Source of the DNA: the human T2T-CHM13v2.0 reference genome, Homo sapiens | Assembly (NCBI RefSeq): GCF_009914755.1 | Contig: NC_060933.1 | Length of the DNA: 64,000 bases | Strand: one strand, 5' to 3' | Shown: in pieces, positions 40,138-52,483 of the stretch | Layout of the letters: every line of letters starts with the position of its first letter | Numbering within the stretch: position 1 is the stretch's first letter | Notes under the pieces: generated by a model | The model's database searches: none | Seen by the model: only the letters and a program-made list of their open reading frames with translations | What the model was told of the DNA's origin: nothing | Made by a program: the position numbers and the translations under genes

Positions 40138-43100
40138 TTTTTTTTACTTTTTAAAAAGTTATTATACTTTAAGTTCTGGGATACATGTGCAGAATGTGCA
40201 GGTTTGTTACATAGGTATACATATGCCATGGTGGTTTTCTGCACTCATCAACCAGTCATCCACATTAGGTATTTCTCCTAATGCTATCCCTCCCCAGCCT
40301 CCCACCTGCTGACAGGCCCCAGTGTGCGATGTTCCCCTCCCTGTGTCCATGTGTTCTCATTGTTCAGCTCCCACTTTTGAGTAAGAACATGCAGTGTTTG
40401 GTTTTCTGTTCCTGTGTTAGGTTGCTGAGAATGATGGTTTCCAGCTTCATGCATGTCCCTGCAAAGGAAATGAACCAATCCTTTTTTATGGCTGCATAGT
40501 ATTTCATGCTGTATATGTGCCACATTTTCTTTACCCAGTCTATCATTGATGGGCATTTTGGTTGGTTCCAAGACTTTTCGATTGTGAATAGTGCTGCAAT
40601 AAACATACGTGTGCATGTGTCTTTATAGTAGAATGACTTATAATCCTTTGGGTATATGCTCAGTAATGGGATTGCTGGGTCAAATGGTATTTCCGGTTCT
40701 AGATCCTTGAGGAATCACCATACTGTCTTCCACAATCATTTAACTAATTTACATTCCCACCAACAGTGTAAAAGCATTCCTATTTCTCCACATCCTCTCC
40801 AGCATCTGTTGTTTCCTGACTTTTTAATGATCGCCATTCTAACTGGCGTAAGATGGTATCTCTTTGTGGTTTTGATTTCCATTTCTCTAATGACCAGTGA
40901 TGACAAGCTTTTTTTCATGTTTATTGGCCACATAAATGTCTTGTTTTGAGAAATGTCTGTTCATATCCTTCGCTCACTTTTTGATGAGGTGATTTGTTTT
41001 TTTTTTCCTTGTAAATTTGTTTAAGTTCCTTGTAGATTGTGGATATTAGCCCTTTGTCAGATGGATAGATTGCAACAATTGTCTCTCATTCTGTAGGTTG
41101 CCTGTTCACTCTGATGGTAGTTTCTTTTGCTGCGCAGAAGCTCTTTAGTTTAATTAGATCCCATTTGTCAATTTTGGCCTTTGTTGCCATTGCTTTTGGT
41201 GTTTTAATCATGAAAACTTGCCCATGCCTCTGTCCTGAATGGTATTGCCTAGGTTTTCTTCCGGGGTTTTTATGGTTTTAGGTCTTAACGTTTAAGTCTT
41301 TAATCCATCTTGAGTTAATTTTTGTGTAAGGTGTAAGGAAGGGGTCCAGTTTCAGTTTTCTGCAGATGGGTAGCCAGTTTTCCCAACACCATTTATTAAA
41401 AAGGGAATCCTTTCTCCATTGCTTGTTTTTGTCAGGTTTGCCAAAGACCAGATGGTTGTAGATATGTGGTATTATTTCTGAGGACTCTGCTCTGTTCAAT
41501 TGGTCTATATGTCTATCTGGGTACCAGTACCATGCTGTATGGTTACTGCAGCCTTGTTAGTATAGTTTGAAGTCAGGTAACGTGATGCCTCCAGCCTTGA
41601 TCATTTTGCAGAGGATTATCTTAGCTATACAAGCTCTTTTTTAGTTCCGTAAGAAATTTAAAGTAGTTTTTTTCTAATTCTGTGAAGAAACTCAATGGTA
41701 GCTTGATGGGGATAGCATTGAATCTATAAATTACTTTTGGCGAAATGGCCATTTTCACAATACTGATTCTTCCTTTCCATGTGCATGGAATGTTTTTCCA
41801 TTTGTTTGTGTCCTCTCTTACTTCCTTGAGCAGTGGTTTATAGTCCTCCTTGAAGAGGTCTTTCACATCCCTTGTAAGTTGTATTCCTAGGTGTTTTATT
41901 CCCTTTGAAGCAATTGGGAATGGGAGTTCACTCATGATTTCGCTCTCTGTTTGTCTATTATTGGTGTATAGCAATGTTTGTGATTTCTGCACATTGGTTT
42001 TTTACCCTGAGACTTTGCTGAATTTGCTTATCAGCTTAAGGAGATTTGGGGCTGAGACAATGGGGTTTTCCAAATATACAATCATGTCATCTGCAAACAG
42101 AGACAATTTGACTTCCTCTCTTATGATTAGAATACCCTTTATTTCTTTCTGTTGCCTAATTTCCCTGGCCAGAACTTCCAACACTATGTTGAATAGGAGT
42201 GGTGAGAGAGGGCATCCTTGTCTTGTGCTGGTTTTCAAAGGGAATGCTTCCAGCCTTTGCCCATTCAGTGTGATATTGGCTGTGGGTTTGTCATAAATAG
42301 CTCTTATTATTTTGAGATACATTCCATCGATATCTAGTTTATTGAGAGTTTTTAGCATGAAGTGGTGTTGAATTTTATCAAACGCCTTTTCTGCATCTAT
42401 TGAGATAATCATGTAGTTTTTGTCATTGGTTCTGTTTATGTGATGGATTACGTTTATTGATTTGCATATGTTGAAACAGCCTTGCATCCCAGGGATGAAG
42501 CCGACCTGATCATGGTGGATAAGCTTTCTGATGTGCTGCTGGGTTTGGTTTGCCAGTATTCTATTGATGATTTTCGTATCGATGTTCATCAGGGTTATTG
42601 GCCTGAAATTTTCTTTTTTTGTTGTATCTTTGACAGGTTTTGGTATCAGGATGATGCTGGCCTCATAAAATGAGTTAGAGAGGAGTCTCTCTTTTTCTAT
42701 TGTTTGGAATAGTTTCAGAAGGAATCCTAGCAGCTCCTCTTTGTACCTCGGGTAGAATTCTGCTGTGAATGTCTGGTCCTGGGCCTTTTTTGGTTGGTAG
42801 GCTATTAATTACTGTCTTAATTTCAGAACTTGTTATTGGTCTATTCAGGGATTTGACTTCTTCCCGGTTTAGTCTATGGAGGGTGTATGTGTCTAGAAAT
42901 TCATCCATTTCTTCTAGATTTCCTAGTTTATTTGCATAGAGGTGTTTATAGTATTCTCTGATGGTAATGTGTATTTTTGTGGGATCAGTGATGATATCCC
43001 CTTTATCATTTTTTATTGTGTCTATTTGATTCTTCTCTCTTTTCTTCTTTATTAGTCTAGCTAGCAGTCTATCTATTTTGTTAATCTTTTCAAAAAACCA

Positions 43101-45116
43101 GCTCCTGGATTCATTGATTTTTTTGAAGGGTTTTTTGTGTCTCTATCTCGTTCATTTCTGCTCTGATCTTACTTATTTCTTGTCTTCTGCTAGCTTTTGA
43201 ATTTGTTTGCTCTTGTTTCTCTAGTTCTTTTAATTGTGATGTTACGGTGTCAATTTTAGATCTTTCCCACTTTCTCCTGTGGACATTTAGTGCTATAAAT
43301 TTCCCTCTAAACACTGCTTTAGCTGTGACCCAGAGATTCTGGTAAATTGCATCTTTATTCTCATTGGTTTCAAATAACTTGTTTATTTCTGCCTTAATTT
43401 CGTTATTTACCCAGGAGCGGTTTGTTCAGTTTCCATGTCGTTGTGCAGTTTTGAGTGAGTTACTTAATCCTGAGTTCTGATTTGATTGCACTGTGGTCTG
43501 AGAGACTGTTTGTTATGATTTCTGTTCTTTTGCATTTGCTGAGGAATCTTTTATTTCCAATTATGTGGTCAATTTTAGAATAAGTGCAATGTGGTGTTGA
43601 GAAGAATGCACATTCTATTAATTTGGGGTGGAGAGTTCTCTAGATGTCTATTAGGTCCACTTGGTCCAGAGCTGAGTTCAAATCCTGAATATCCTTTTTA
43701 ATTTTCTGTCTTGTTGATCTGTCTAATATTGACAGTGGAGTGTTAAAGTGTCCCATTATTATTGTGTGGGCGTCCAAGTCTCTTTGTATTTCCCTAAGAA
43801 CTTGCTTTATGAATCTGAGTGCTCCTGTAATGGGTGCATATATATTTAGGATAGTTAGCTCTTCTTGTTGCATTGATCCCTTTACCATTATGCAATGCCC
43901 TTCTTTGTCTTTTTTATCTTTGTTGGTTTAAAGTCTGTTTTATCAGAGACTACAAGTGCAACCCCTGCTTTATTTTGCTTAGCACGTATTCCTCTATCTC
44001 TTTATTTTGAGCCTATGTGTGTCTTTGCACGTGAGATGGATCTCCTGAATACAACACACCGATAGGTCTTGACTCTTTATCTAATTTGCCAGTCTGTGTC
44101 TTTTAATTGGGGCATTTAGCCCATTTACATTTAAGGTTAATATCGTTATGTGTGAATTTGATCCCGTCATTATGATGCTAGCTGGTTATTTTGATGCAGT
44201 TAGTTGATGCAGTTTCTTCAGAGTGTCGATGGTCTTTACAATTTGGTATGTGTTTGCAGTGACTGGTACTGTTTTTTCCTTTCCATATTTAGTGTTTCCT
44301 TCAGGAGCTCTTGTAAAGCAGGCCTGGTGGTGACAAAATCTCTCAGCATTTGCTTCTCTGTAAAGGATTTTATTTCTCCTTTGGTTATGAAGCTTAGTTT
44401 GGCTGGATATGAAATTCTGAGTTGAAAATTCTTTTCTTAAGAATGTTGAATATTGGCCCCTACTCTCCTCTGGCTTGTAGGGGTTCCTGCACAGAGAGCC
44501 GCTGTTAGTCTGATGGGCTTCCCTTTGTGGGTAACCTGACCTTTCTCTCTGGCTGCCCTTAACATTTTTTCCTCATTTCAACCTTGGTGAATCTGACGAT
44601 TATATGTCTTGGGGTTGCTCTTCTCGAGGGGTATCTTTGTGTTGTTCTCTTTAATTTCTGAATTTGTATGTTGGCCTGTCTTGCTAGGTTGGGGAAGTTC
44701 TCCTGGATAACATCTTGAAGAGTGTTTTCCAACATGGTTCCATTCTCCCCATCACTTTCAGGTAAACCAATGGAACGTAGGTTTGGTCTTTTCACATACA
44801 CCCATATTTCTTGGGGGCTTTGTTCCTTTTCACTCTTTTTTCTCTAATCTTGTCTTTTCACTTTATTTCATTATGTTGATCTTCAATCTCTGATATCCTT
44901 TCTTCTACTTGATCAATTCAGCATTGATACTTGTGTATGTTTCACGAAGTTCTTGTGCTGTGTTTTTTAGCTACATCAGGTCATTTATGTTCTTCTCTAA
45001 ACTGGTTATTCTAGTTAGTAATTCCTCTAACCTTTTTTCAAGGTTCTTAGCTTCCTTGCATTGGGTTAGAACACGCTCATTTAGCTCGGAGGAGTTTGTT
45101 ATTACCCACCTTCTGA
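40138..45116 (-). mobile_element. L1PA7-like LINE-1, ~5 kb, 5'-truncated within ORF1; ORF1 and ORF2 disrupted
   Basis: ORF1 (YVKRPNLR...RATPRHIIVRFTK), endonuclease, RT ([25 protein letters not shown]) and C-terminal peptides in broken frames; 3' UTR; TSD core TGATTGCA (40129-36, 45114-21). Confidence 0.95.
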
Positions 45117-45324
45117 TTGCATTATTGAATGAAATATATCCTTGTTCTTGTGAATTTTATCAATGGAAAAGTATTCCATTGTAACACAAATAATCTCAAA
45201 ATTGTAATAGAAATATTCATGTGGATTCACATGGATTAACTTGTATAAAATATAAATAACTCAGTTTGAATATTGGCCATCTCTGCATTTTCGTGTTGTA
45301 TGTTTTATGGTTTTTAAATTTTCC

Positions 45325-45599
45325 TTTTTTTTTTTCTATTTTTGGATCAGGGTTTCATTCTGTTGCCCAGCCTGCAATACAGTGGCACCATCATGGCTCA
45401 CTGCAGCCTTACATCCCTGAGACTACAAGTCTCCTGAGTAGCTGGGACTACAAGCGCATGTCACCACGTTTGTATTTTTTGTAGAGATAGAGTTTCACCA
45501 TGTTGTCCAGGCTACTCTCGAACTCCTGTGCTCAAGTGATCCACCCGCCTCAGCCTCCCAAAGTGCTAGGATTACAGGAGTAAGCCACTGCACCTGGCC
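45325..45599 (-). mobile_element. AluJ with small internal rearrangement
   Basis: Reverse Alu; TSD GTTTTTAAATTT(T)CC on both sides. Confidence 0.9.
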
Positions 45600-45800
45600 A
45601 GTTTTTAAATTTCCAATGGCAATAAAAGTAGATCTAAATAGCAGAATCTTTTTGTACACTTCAGATAGTAAAGAAGAAAATATTGGGCAAAATCCATCAA
45701 AAAGCCATGAGAACTACAAAGCCATTATGTTTTCTTTTGAAATATATCTTACACACAGAAGTGTACAAAAGAATATATAATAACATGGAGAATAAGACTA

Positions 45801-46741
45801 CGGTTGACCCTTGACAAAGTGGGGGTTAGGGACACAAACCTCTACACAGCCAAATGTCTGCATATAACTTTTGACTTCCAAAAACTTAACTACTAATAGC
45901 CTACTGTTGACCAGAACAGTAATTGACTGTAACATAATCAATTAACACTTATTTTGTATGTTATATATTAGTATTGTATTCCTATAATAAAGTAAGCTAG
46001 AGAAAGAAAAGTTAAGAAAATCATTTATATTTTTATATAGTTTATATATAATATGATTTTTATAAATTAATATTAATTTAAATTATAATTTATATATGTT
46101 ATAATTACAAATTAAAATTTTATATTTTTTTAAATAAAGAAGAAAAAATATGTATACTATTCATTAGGTGGAAGTGGATCATCATAAACGTCTTCATCCT
46201 CATCATCTTCACATTTATTAGGTGGAAGAAGAGGAGGTAAAGGAGAAATTGGTTTTGCTGTCTCAGGGGTGGCAGAGGCAGAAGAGGTAGAAGAGGTGGA
46301 AAGAGAGGCAGGAGAAGCAGGCACACTTGATGTAACTTTTATTGAAAAATATTTGGGCCTGGTGTGGTGGCTCACACGTGTAATTACAACAATTTGGGAG
46401 GCCGAAGTAGGCAGATCACTTGAGGATGGAGTCTGAGACCAACCCAGGCAACATGCCAAAAGCCCGTCTGTACTGAAAATACAGAAGTAGCTTGGCATGG
46501 TAATGCACACATGTAGTCCCAGCTACACGGCAGGCTGAGGTGGGAGGATCACTTGAACCCAGGAGGCAGAGATTGTAGTGACCCAAGATCGTGTCACTGG
46601 ACTCCAGCCTTGGTGATAGAGAAAAACTCTGTCTCAAAAAAAATTAAAAATTAAAAAAAAAGAAAAAAGAAAAGAAAAGGAAAAAATTGGGGTATAAGTG
46701 GACCCATGCAGTTTAACCCTGTGTTGTTCAAGTGTTAGCTG
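45801..46741 (-). mobile_element. Tigger2a (MER28) DNA transposon interrupted by Alu
   Basis: TIRs TA-CGGTTGACCCTTGA and TGTTGTTCAAGTGTTAGCTG; acidic C-terminal remnant CEDDEDEDVYDDPLPPNE. Confidence 0.9.
46356..46680 (+). mobile_element. AluJ inside Tigger2a
   Basis: Full dimer, GGAGGATCACTTGAACC, long A-rich tail; TSD GAAAAA.ATT(T)GG. Confidence 0.92.
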
Positions 46742-47594
46742 CAAAGCAAGCACCTCTGTAGCCACCATCAAAACATCTATATTATAGGAATTACCTATAA
46801 AAAGTAAATAGGAAATTATACGAGAGCGCTTTGTCATAATCAGTTATTCACAGCTAAGACATTTTTCAAAACAACTTTCCTCATTTTTTATTAATGGATA
46901 ATACTATAAACATTTTGCATGGCTAAAATCTATATGTAAAGTACCTAAAACAATAGAAGCCATATTGGTAAGCCCTTAATAAATGTAATATATTACTATC
47001 ATTTAATACATTAATGGTATTTTGATAACAATTACACTTTTCAAAGATATTTAACTCTGATTCTATATTCTATGTAAAAAAAAAGATAGTACAAGTTCAC
47101 AATTCCAATATTCAAGGGAAGTGAGGTAGAAATAAAAGAAATATAATTCCAGAAAATAACGTTATTAGGATTAAAAGTTACTCTAGACAACTATCTTACA
47201 CATACTCCAAATATTTCATTTCTCAGTTGGGTGAAATAGACAAAAATGTTATTGTGGGATGTTCTTAGAACCTCAAGGCATTCCTTGTTCTCCTGACAGG
47301 ATAAAATCAGGCTAATCAGAACCCCATAGACAGCTTTTGAAGAGAACATAGGATTCAAAAGAAGTAAATATAGTAATGTTTTTATATGAATCCCAGATGT
47401 GATTAGCACAAGCTTTCTTTACTTTTTCCTTTAAGCCACAGCCCCACTGGCAGTGACTTTAGGTAAGGGAGTCTGTACCAGATTACACAATTTAAGAACT
47501 AAATGTATGAGCAGGGAGAATTCTGGCCTGGCCTCTAAGATTTGTTCAACCAGATTGGTTTGGGGAGAGCGATAGTTACTGACATGGTAGTTAC

Positions 47595-47830
47595 GAACAT
47601 GGCAGACAGTCAGGGAGGCAGTATGGATGCTAGTAAAGAAAATCAGGTTTGGAATCTTGTAAAAATTAACAAACTACATTATAATCCTACTACTTTTCAT
47701 GTGAGCCATTGTGAATAATATTTATTCACTTCTAAAATGGGGTCGTTAGTAGGCCTGAGTACCCTACTGGTACACAGCAAAGAACAATGGTATAAAAGAT
47801 AGCTTTGTAAAATAGAAAGGGCCTGACACG
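47595..47830 (+). mobile_element. MIR
   Basis: GGGAGGCAGTATGG...CAGGTTTGGAATC...TTCACTTCTAAAATGGGG. Confidence 0.55.
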
Positions 47831-48765
47831 TTAGGGGACAAAGAAGGATTATGTGATAGCTAAAACCACCTGGACAAAGATGCTGCCTGGCAGCAAAATG
47901 GCTTTGCAGAACACCTAGTTTAGGAGGGTTTTATAAATACAAAACTATGTGTAAAATATAGAAGATAGTTTCAGGGAAAGAAAGATAAATAGAACTGGTT
48001 ATTTTACTCTAAGTTCTGGGGCAAAAATCAATGTCCTTTTCAAAGTGACCTATTCCAAATGTCTCCTGATCTGATTATCCAGTGAAATGCTGATATTGAT
48101 GTGCCTTGGTAATTTACTTAGTGCTCAAAATAAAAATGCCCATTGTTCTCATCGATGATGAAAATAAGGCCTTTAGTACAAAACAAAGAGCCACGAGCCC
48201 TTTACTGTTAAGATGAGTTTACCTCTTGATTGTGAACTGATTGTCTTTCAGTGGTATTGAAATGGAGTTGAACAGACTTTCATTTATTTTAGAAATGTAT
48301 GCAAAGTAATTGTGGGGAATCAGTAGACTGGTTAAATGAGGCCAGAAAGAAAGTTTCTAATTGAAAAGAATACAAAATTATATTCATGTGTAAAGATAAA
48401 TATTAATATGTAGATGATATAGGATACTCTAATACTATAATTGTGATGCATAAACCATGTTTAATTCTGGTATAGAAGTCCAACACAAAAGTTAAAAAAT
48501 AACTATAACTATAAGCATATGTTAATGGTACACAATACAAAAAGGTGCAATTTGTGATGGCAAACACATAAAGTGTGGGGGGAGGACAGAAGTAAAAGTG
48601 TAGAGATTTTATATGTAATTAAAGTTACATTATCAGCTTAAAATACATTGTTATAACTGTAAGGTGCTTTATGTAAGCCCCATGGTAACTACAAAGAAAA
48701 TACCTCTAGAAGATGTAAAAAAGAAAATGAGAAAGGAATCATAGCATGCCACTACAAAAGAAAAT

Positions 48766-48898
48766 AGGCTGGATGCAGTGGTTCACACTTGTTATCCTGC
48801 CATTTTGGAAGGTTGAGGTGGGAGGATCGCCTGAGCCCAGGAGTTTGAGACCTGCCTGGACAACGTGGTAAGCGCTGGTCTCTACAAAAAATAAAATA
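48766..48898 (+). mobile_element. FLAM_C monomer
   Basis: GGCTGGATGCAGTGG...GAGCCCAGGAGTTTGAGACC...TCTCTACAAAAAAT. Confidence 0.88.
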
Positions 48899-49021
48899 AT
48901 GATCAATTAAGCACAAAGGAAGACAGCAAGAAAATAAAAGAGGGTCAAAAGAACTACAGGCTGACAGGAAAAAATTAACAAAATGGCAATAATAAGTCCT
49001 TCCCTATCAATAACTACTGTA

Positions 49022-49240
49022 TTTTTGTTTGTTTTGGGGGTTTTCTTGAGGGGGTTGTTTGTTTTTTGAGGCAGTCTCGCTCTGTCACCCAGGCTGGAAA
49101 TACAGTGGTGTGATGTTGGTTCACTGCAACCTCCACCTCCCAGGCTCAAGCTATCCTCCCACCTCAGCCTCTTGAGTAGCCGGGACCACAGGCATGTACC
49201 ACCATTTTTTTTTTTTTTTTTGGTATTTTTAGTACAGTCA
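49022..49240 (-). mobile_element. AluJ, right arm and linker only (left arm lost)
   Basis: Decayed T tail, right arm, linker TATTTTTAGTACAG, then abrupt switch to L1PA. Confidence 0.88.
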
Positions 49241-49789
49241 GGGATATAAATCATTCTGTTACAAAGATACACGCACATGTATGTTCACTGCAGCATTATT
49301 CATAATAGCAAAGACATGGAATCAACCCAAATGCCTATCAATGATAGACTGGATAAAGAAAATGTGGTACATATACACCATAGAATGCTATGCAGCCGTA
49401 AAAATGAATGAGATCGTGTCCTTTGCATGGACATAGATAGAGGTGGAAGCCATTATCCTCAGCAAACTAATGCAGGAACAGAAAACCAAGCACCGCATGT
49501 TCTCACTTATAAGTGGGAGCTGATTAATGAGAACATGTGGACACAGGGAGGGGAAGAACACATACTGGGGCCTTGTGGTGGGGGATGCAGGGGGAGAGAG
49601 AGCATCAGGAAAAATAACTAATGTATGCTGGGCTTAATACCTAGGTGATGGGTTGATAGGTGCAGCAAACCACTGTGACAAACATTTACCTATGTAACAA
49701 ACCTGCACATTCTGCACATGTATCCCAGAACTTACAATAAAATATTTAAAAAATTGTTTTAAAAAATAAAAAAAAAGAAAAGAAAAAAA
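49241..49789 (+). mobile_element. 5'-truncated L1PA10-like 3' end without TSD
   Basis: GAGAGCATCAGGAAAAATAACTAATGTATGCTGGGCTTAATACCTAGGTGATGGG; A-rich tail. Confidence 0.88.
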
Positions 49790-50069
49790 CTCTGAATAAC
49801 CAAAACAATCTTGAGAAAGAAGAATACAGCTGGAGGGCCTCATACTTTCTAATTTCAAAACACTTTCCAAAACTACAGTAATTAATACATGATGGTACTG
49901 GCATAAAGACAGATGTACACACCAATGGAACACAACAGCGAGTCCAGAAACAAGCCCACACATGAAAGGACAACTGATCTTCTAAAAGGGTGCATAGAAT
50001 GCACAATGGGGAATGTATAGTCTCCTCAACAAATGGCGTTCAGGAAATTAGACATCCAAATGCAAAAGG

Positions 50070-50324
50070 CAAAATTATCCCAGCTGTCTTCTTGGAAAAC
50101 ATAACCAAAAAAAAAAAAAAGAAAGGAACGTTCTAACATGCAACAAAATGCCAATAATAAGTCCTTCCCTATCAATAATAACTGTAGCTTTGTTTGTTTG
50201 GGGGGTTTTTTTGGAGGGGGTTGTTTTGTTTTTTGAGGCAGGGTCTCACTCTGTCACCCAGGCCGGAATACAGTGGTGTGATGTTGGTTCACTCTAACCT
50301 CTGTGAGGATTGTGCACTAGAATC
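50070..50324 (+). repeat. Composite locally templated insertion (copy of 57961-58050 with a copy of 48977-49133 nested inside)
   Basis: Direct pairwise comparison within the window, see findings. Confidence 0.85.
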
Positions 50325-51639
50325 TACCTGCAAACAAATAATATTAGAACTTTATATTTTACCACACAGAAAAATAAACTCAAAATGGACTAAATATTTA
50401 AACATAAGACCTGAAACTATGAAACTCATAGAAGAAAACAGAGAGGAACCTTCATTACATTGGTCTTGGCAATGTTTTCATGGGTACAAAACCAAAAGCA
50501 CTGACAACAAAAGCAAAAATAGGATAGTGGGACTACAACAGACTAAAAGCCTTTGCACAGGAAAGGAAACAATCAACAGTTGAAAAGGCAACTTACAGAA
50601 CAGGAGAATATTTGCAAACTATATATCTGATAAGGACTTAAGATCCAAAATATATAAATAACTGCTTATAATTCAATAGCAAAGAGGTGAATCATCTGAT
50701 TTAAAATGGATGAAGGAACTGAATAGATATTTCTACAAAGAGAGCACATAAATGGCCAACAGCTATGTGAAAAAATGCCTAATATCTTAATCATCAGGGA
50801 AATGCAAATCAAAACCACAATAAGACATCACCTCACACTTTTTAGGATGGCCATTACAAAAAGAAAAAGGAAAAGAACAAATTTTTGCTGCCTTGGAAAA
50901 ATTGAAACCCTTGGATGCTGTTGGTGGAAATGTGCAACAGTGCAGCTGTTGTGGAAAACAATAGAAAGCTTCCTCAAAAAATTAAATGTAACTACCATAT
51001 GATCTAGAAATCCCACTTCTGGATATTTATCCAAAATAATTAAAAATAGTATCTTAAAGAGATATTTGACACTCATATTCATTGCAGCATTATTCACAAT
51101 GGCCAAAATGTGGAAGCAACCCAACTGTTCACTGATGCATGAATGGATTAAACAAAATGTGATGTATATATGTACCATGGAATATTATTAAGCCTTTAAA
51201 AGGAAAATTCTGTTCTATGCTGCATCATGAATGAACCTGGAAGACATTATGCTAAGTGAAATAAGCCAGTCATGAAAGAACTAATACTGAATTATTCTAC
51301 TTATATGAGGTACCCAAAACAGTCAAATTCATCATATCAGAGAGTAGAATGGTGATTGCCGAGGGCTGAAGCAAGTGGGAAATGAGGAGTTGCTTTTCAG
51401 TGGGCATTAAAATTTCAATCATGCAAGATGAAGTTCTAGAGATCCCCTGTACCACACTGTACCTGTAGTTAACAACACTGTACTGTGCACTTAACACTTG
51501 TTAAAAGGGTAAATTTCATGTTATTTTTTTTACCATAATAGTTTTTAAAAAAGATTGATGGTGCTCTCTTTTCCACTGTTAGTTTCTAAGACAGTATCTC
51601 TTTCTTTCCAGTGTCTCATTACGGTTTTGCCTTACTTTA

Positions 51640-51765
51640 CTTTATAATTGTTGATTGAGTACTCTGAGTATATTGTATCTCTATCTCCTATGTTACCTAG
51701 TATAGTGCTTTGAGCACAGAAGACACTCAATGAATACTTGTTGAATAAATTCATTTATGCATTAG
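51640..51765 (+). mobile_element. L2 3' terminus
   Basis: CCTAGTATAGTGCTTTGAGCACAGAAGACACTCAATGAATACTTGTTGAATAAAT. Confidence 0.75.
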
Positions 51766-51934
51766 TAAAGAACAACTCTATTAAGACTTTCCAAATGTTA
51801 CAGATTACCTAATTTGTGGTATTTGCTTAAAAGACTGATTTGTGCAACTATGGAAAGCTGTTCACTAGGAATTCAAGGAAGATAGCATGATTACTGATAA
51901 AAAATAGTTGGGAAAAACTTAATGAAAGTTGTTG

Positions 51935-52360
51935 GTCTTCATTCATACATACGTCAGACATGTTGAGGAACTACTTGGCACCATGAAAATGAAGACAGGC
52001 TCACAGTCTAATGAGTAGCCAGACATATAAAATGAAGTAAGTGCAAAAAGAAGTCAATATAAATATTCATAGTTACAGCAAGATTAGAGGAACTAAAACT
52101 ATCAATACCTTAGGAGGTTGCCTAAAGCTTTATATCTAAAATGAATTTTTAATAAACTATATATACTCATGGGGTTAGAGAAGGGCCTTCTGGACAGAAG
52201 GAACAATGTGTACAAAGATGAGAAAACATGAAAAACCCTGGCTAATTAGGGAATTTGTAAAAACTTCAAAAGATGTGGAGTATAGAATATAAGCAGGAAA
52301 GTATCAGAGAACATGCGGTATTCAGATTCTGAAGGAGTTTAAGGTCCAATTAAGCAATTT
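51935..52360 (-). mobile_element. Degraded L2 3' portion
   Basis: GCTCACAGTCTAATG, TTCTGGACAGAAGGAACAATGTGTACAAAG. Confidence 0.6.
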
Positions 52361-52483
52361 AGGGGAAACAGATGCACAAAGACTCATGTCAGAGCTACTC
52401 CCATTTCCTTTCTAATCCTGACTAAATCCAAGACTAACAATAACCACCACTACCACAGCAACAAATCCTGCTAATAGTATATA

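Larger units (their letters stand above)
48360..51552 (+). mobile_element. L1MB1/2-like LINE-1 (inter-ORF spacer, internally deleted ORF2, 3' UTR) with nested insertions
   Basis: Spacer TTATGTAAGCCCCATGGTAACTACAAAG; ORF2 start AACAAAATGGCAATAATAAGTCC; 3' ORF2 peptides; 3' UTR GTTCTAGAGATC...GTTAACAACACTGTACTGTGCACTT. Confidence 0.88.

Noticed and set aside
40284-44801. ORFs of 65-195 aa including an RT domain as a functional retroelement or novel RT system
   Set aside because: They are consecutive fragments of one 5'-truncated L1PA7 with many stops and frameshifts.
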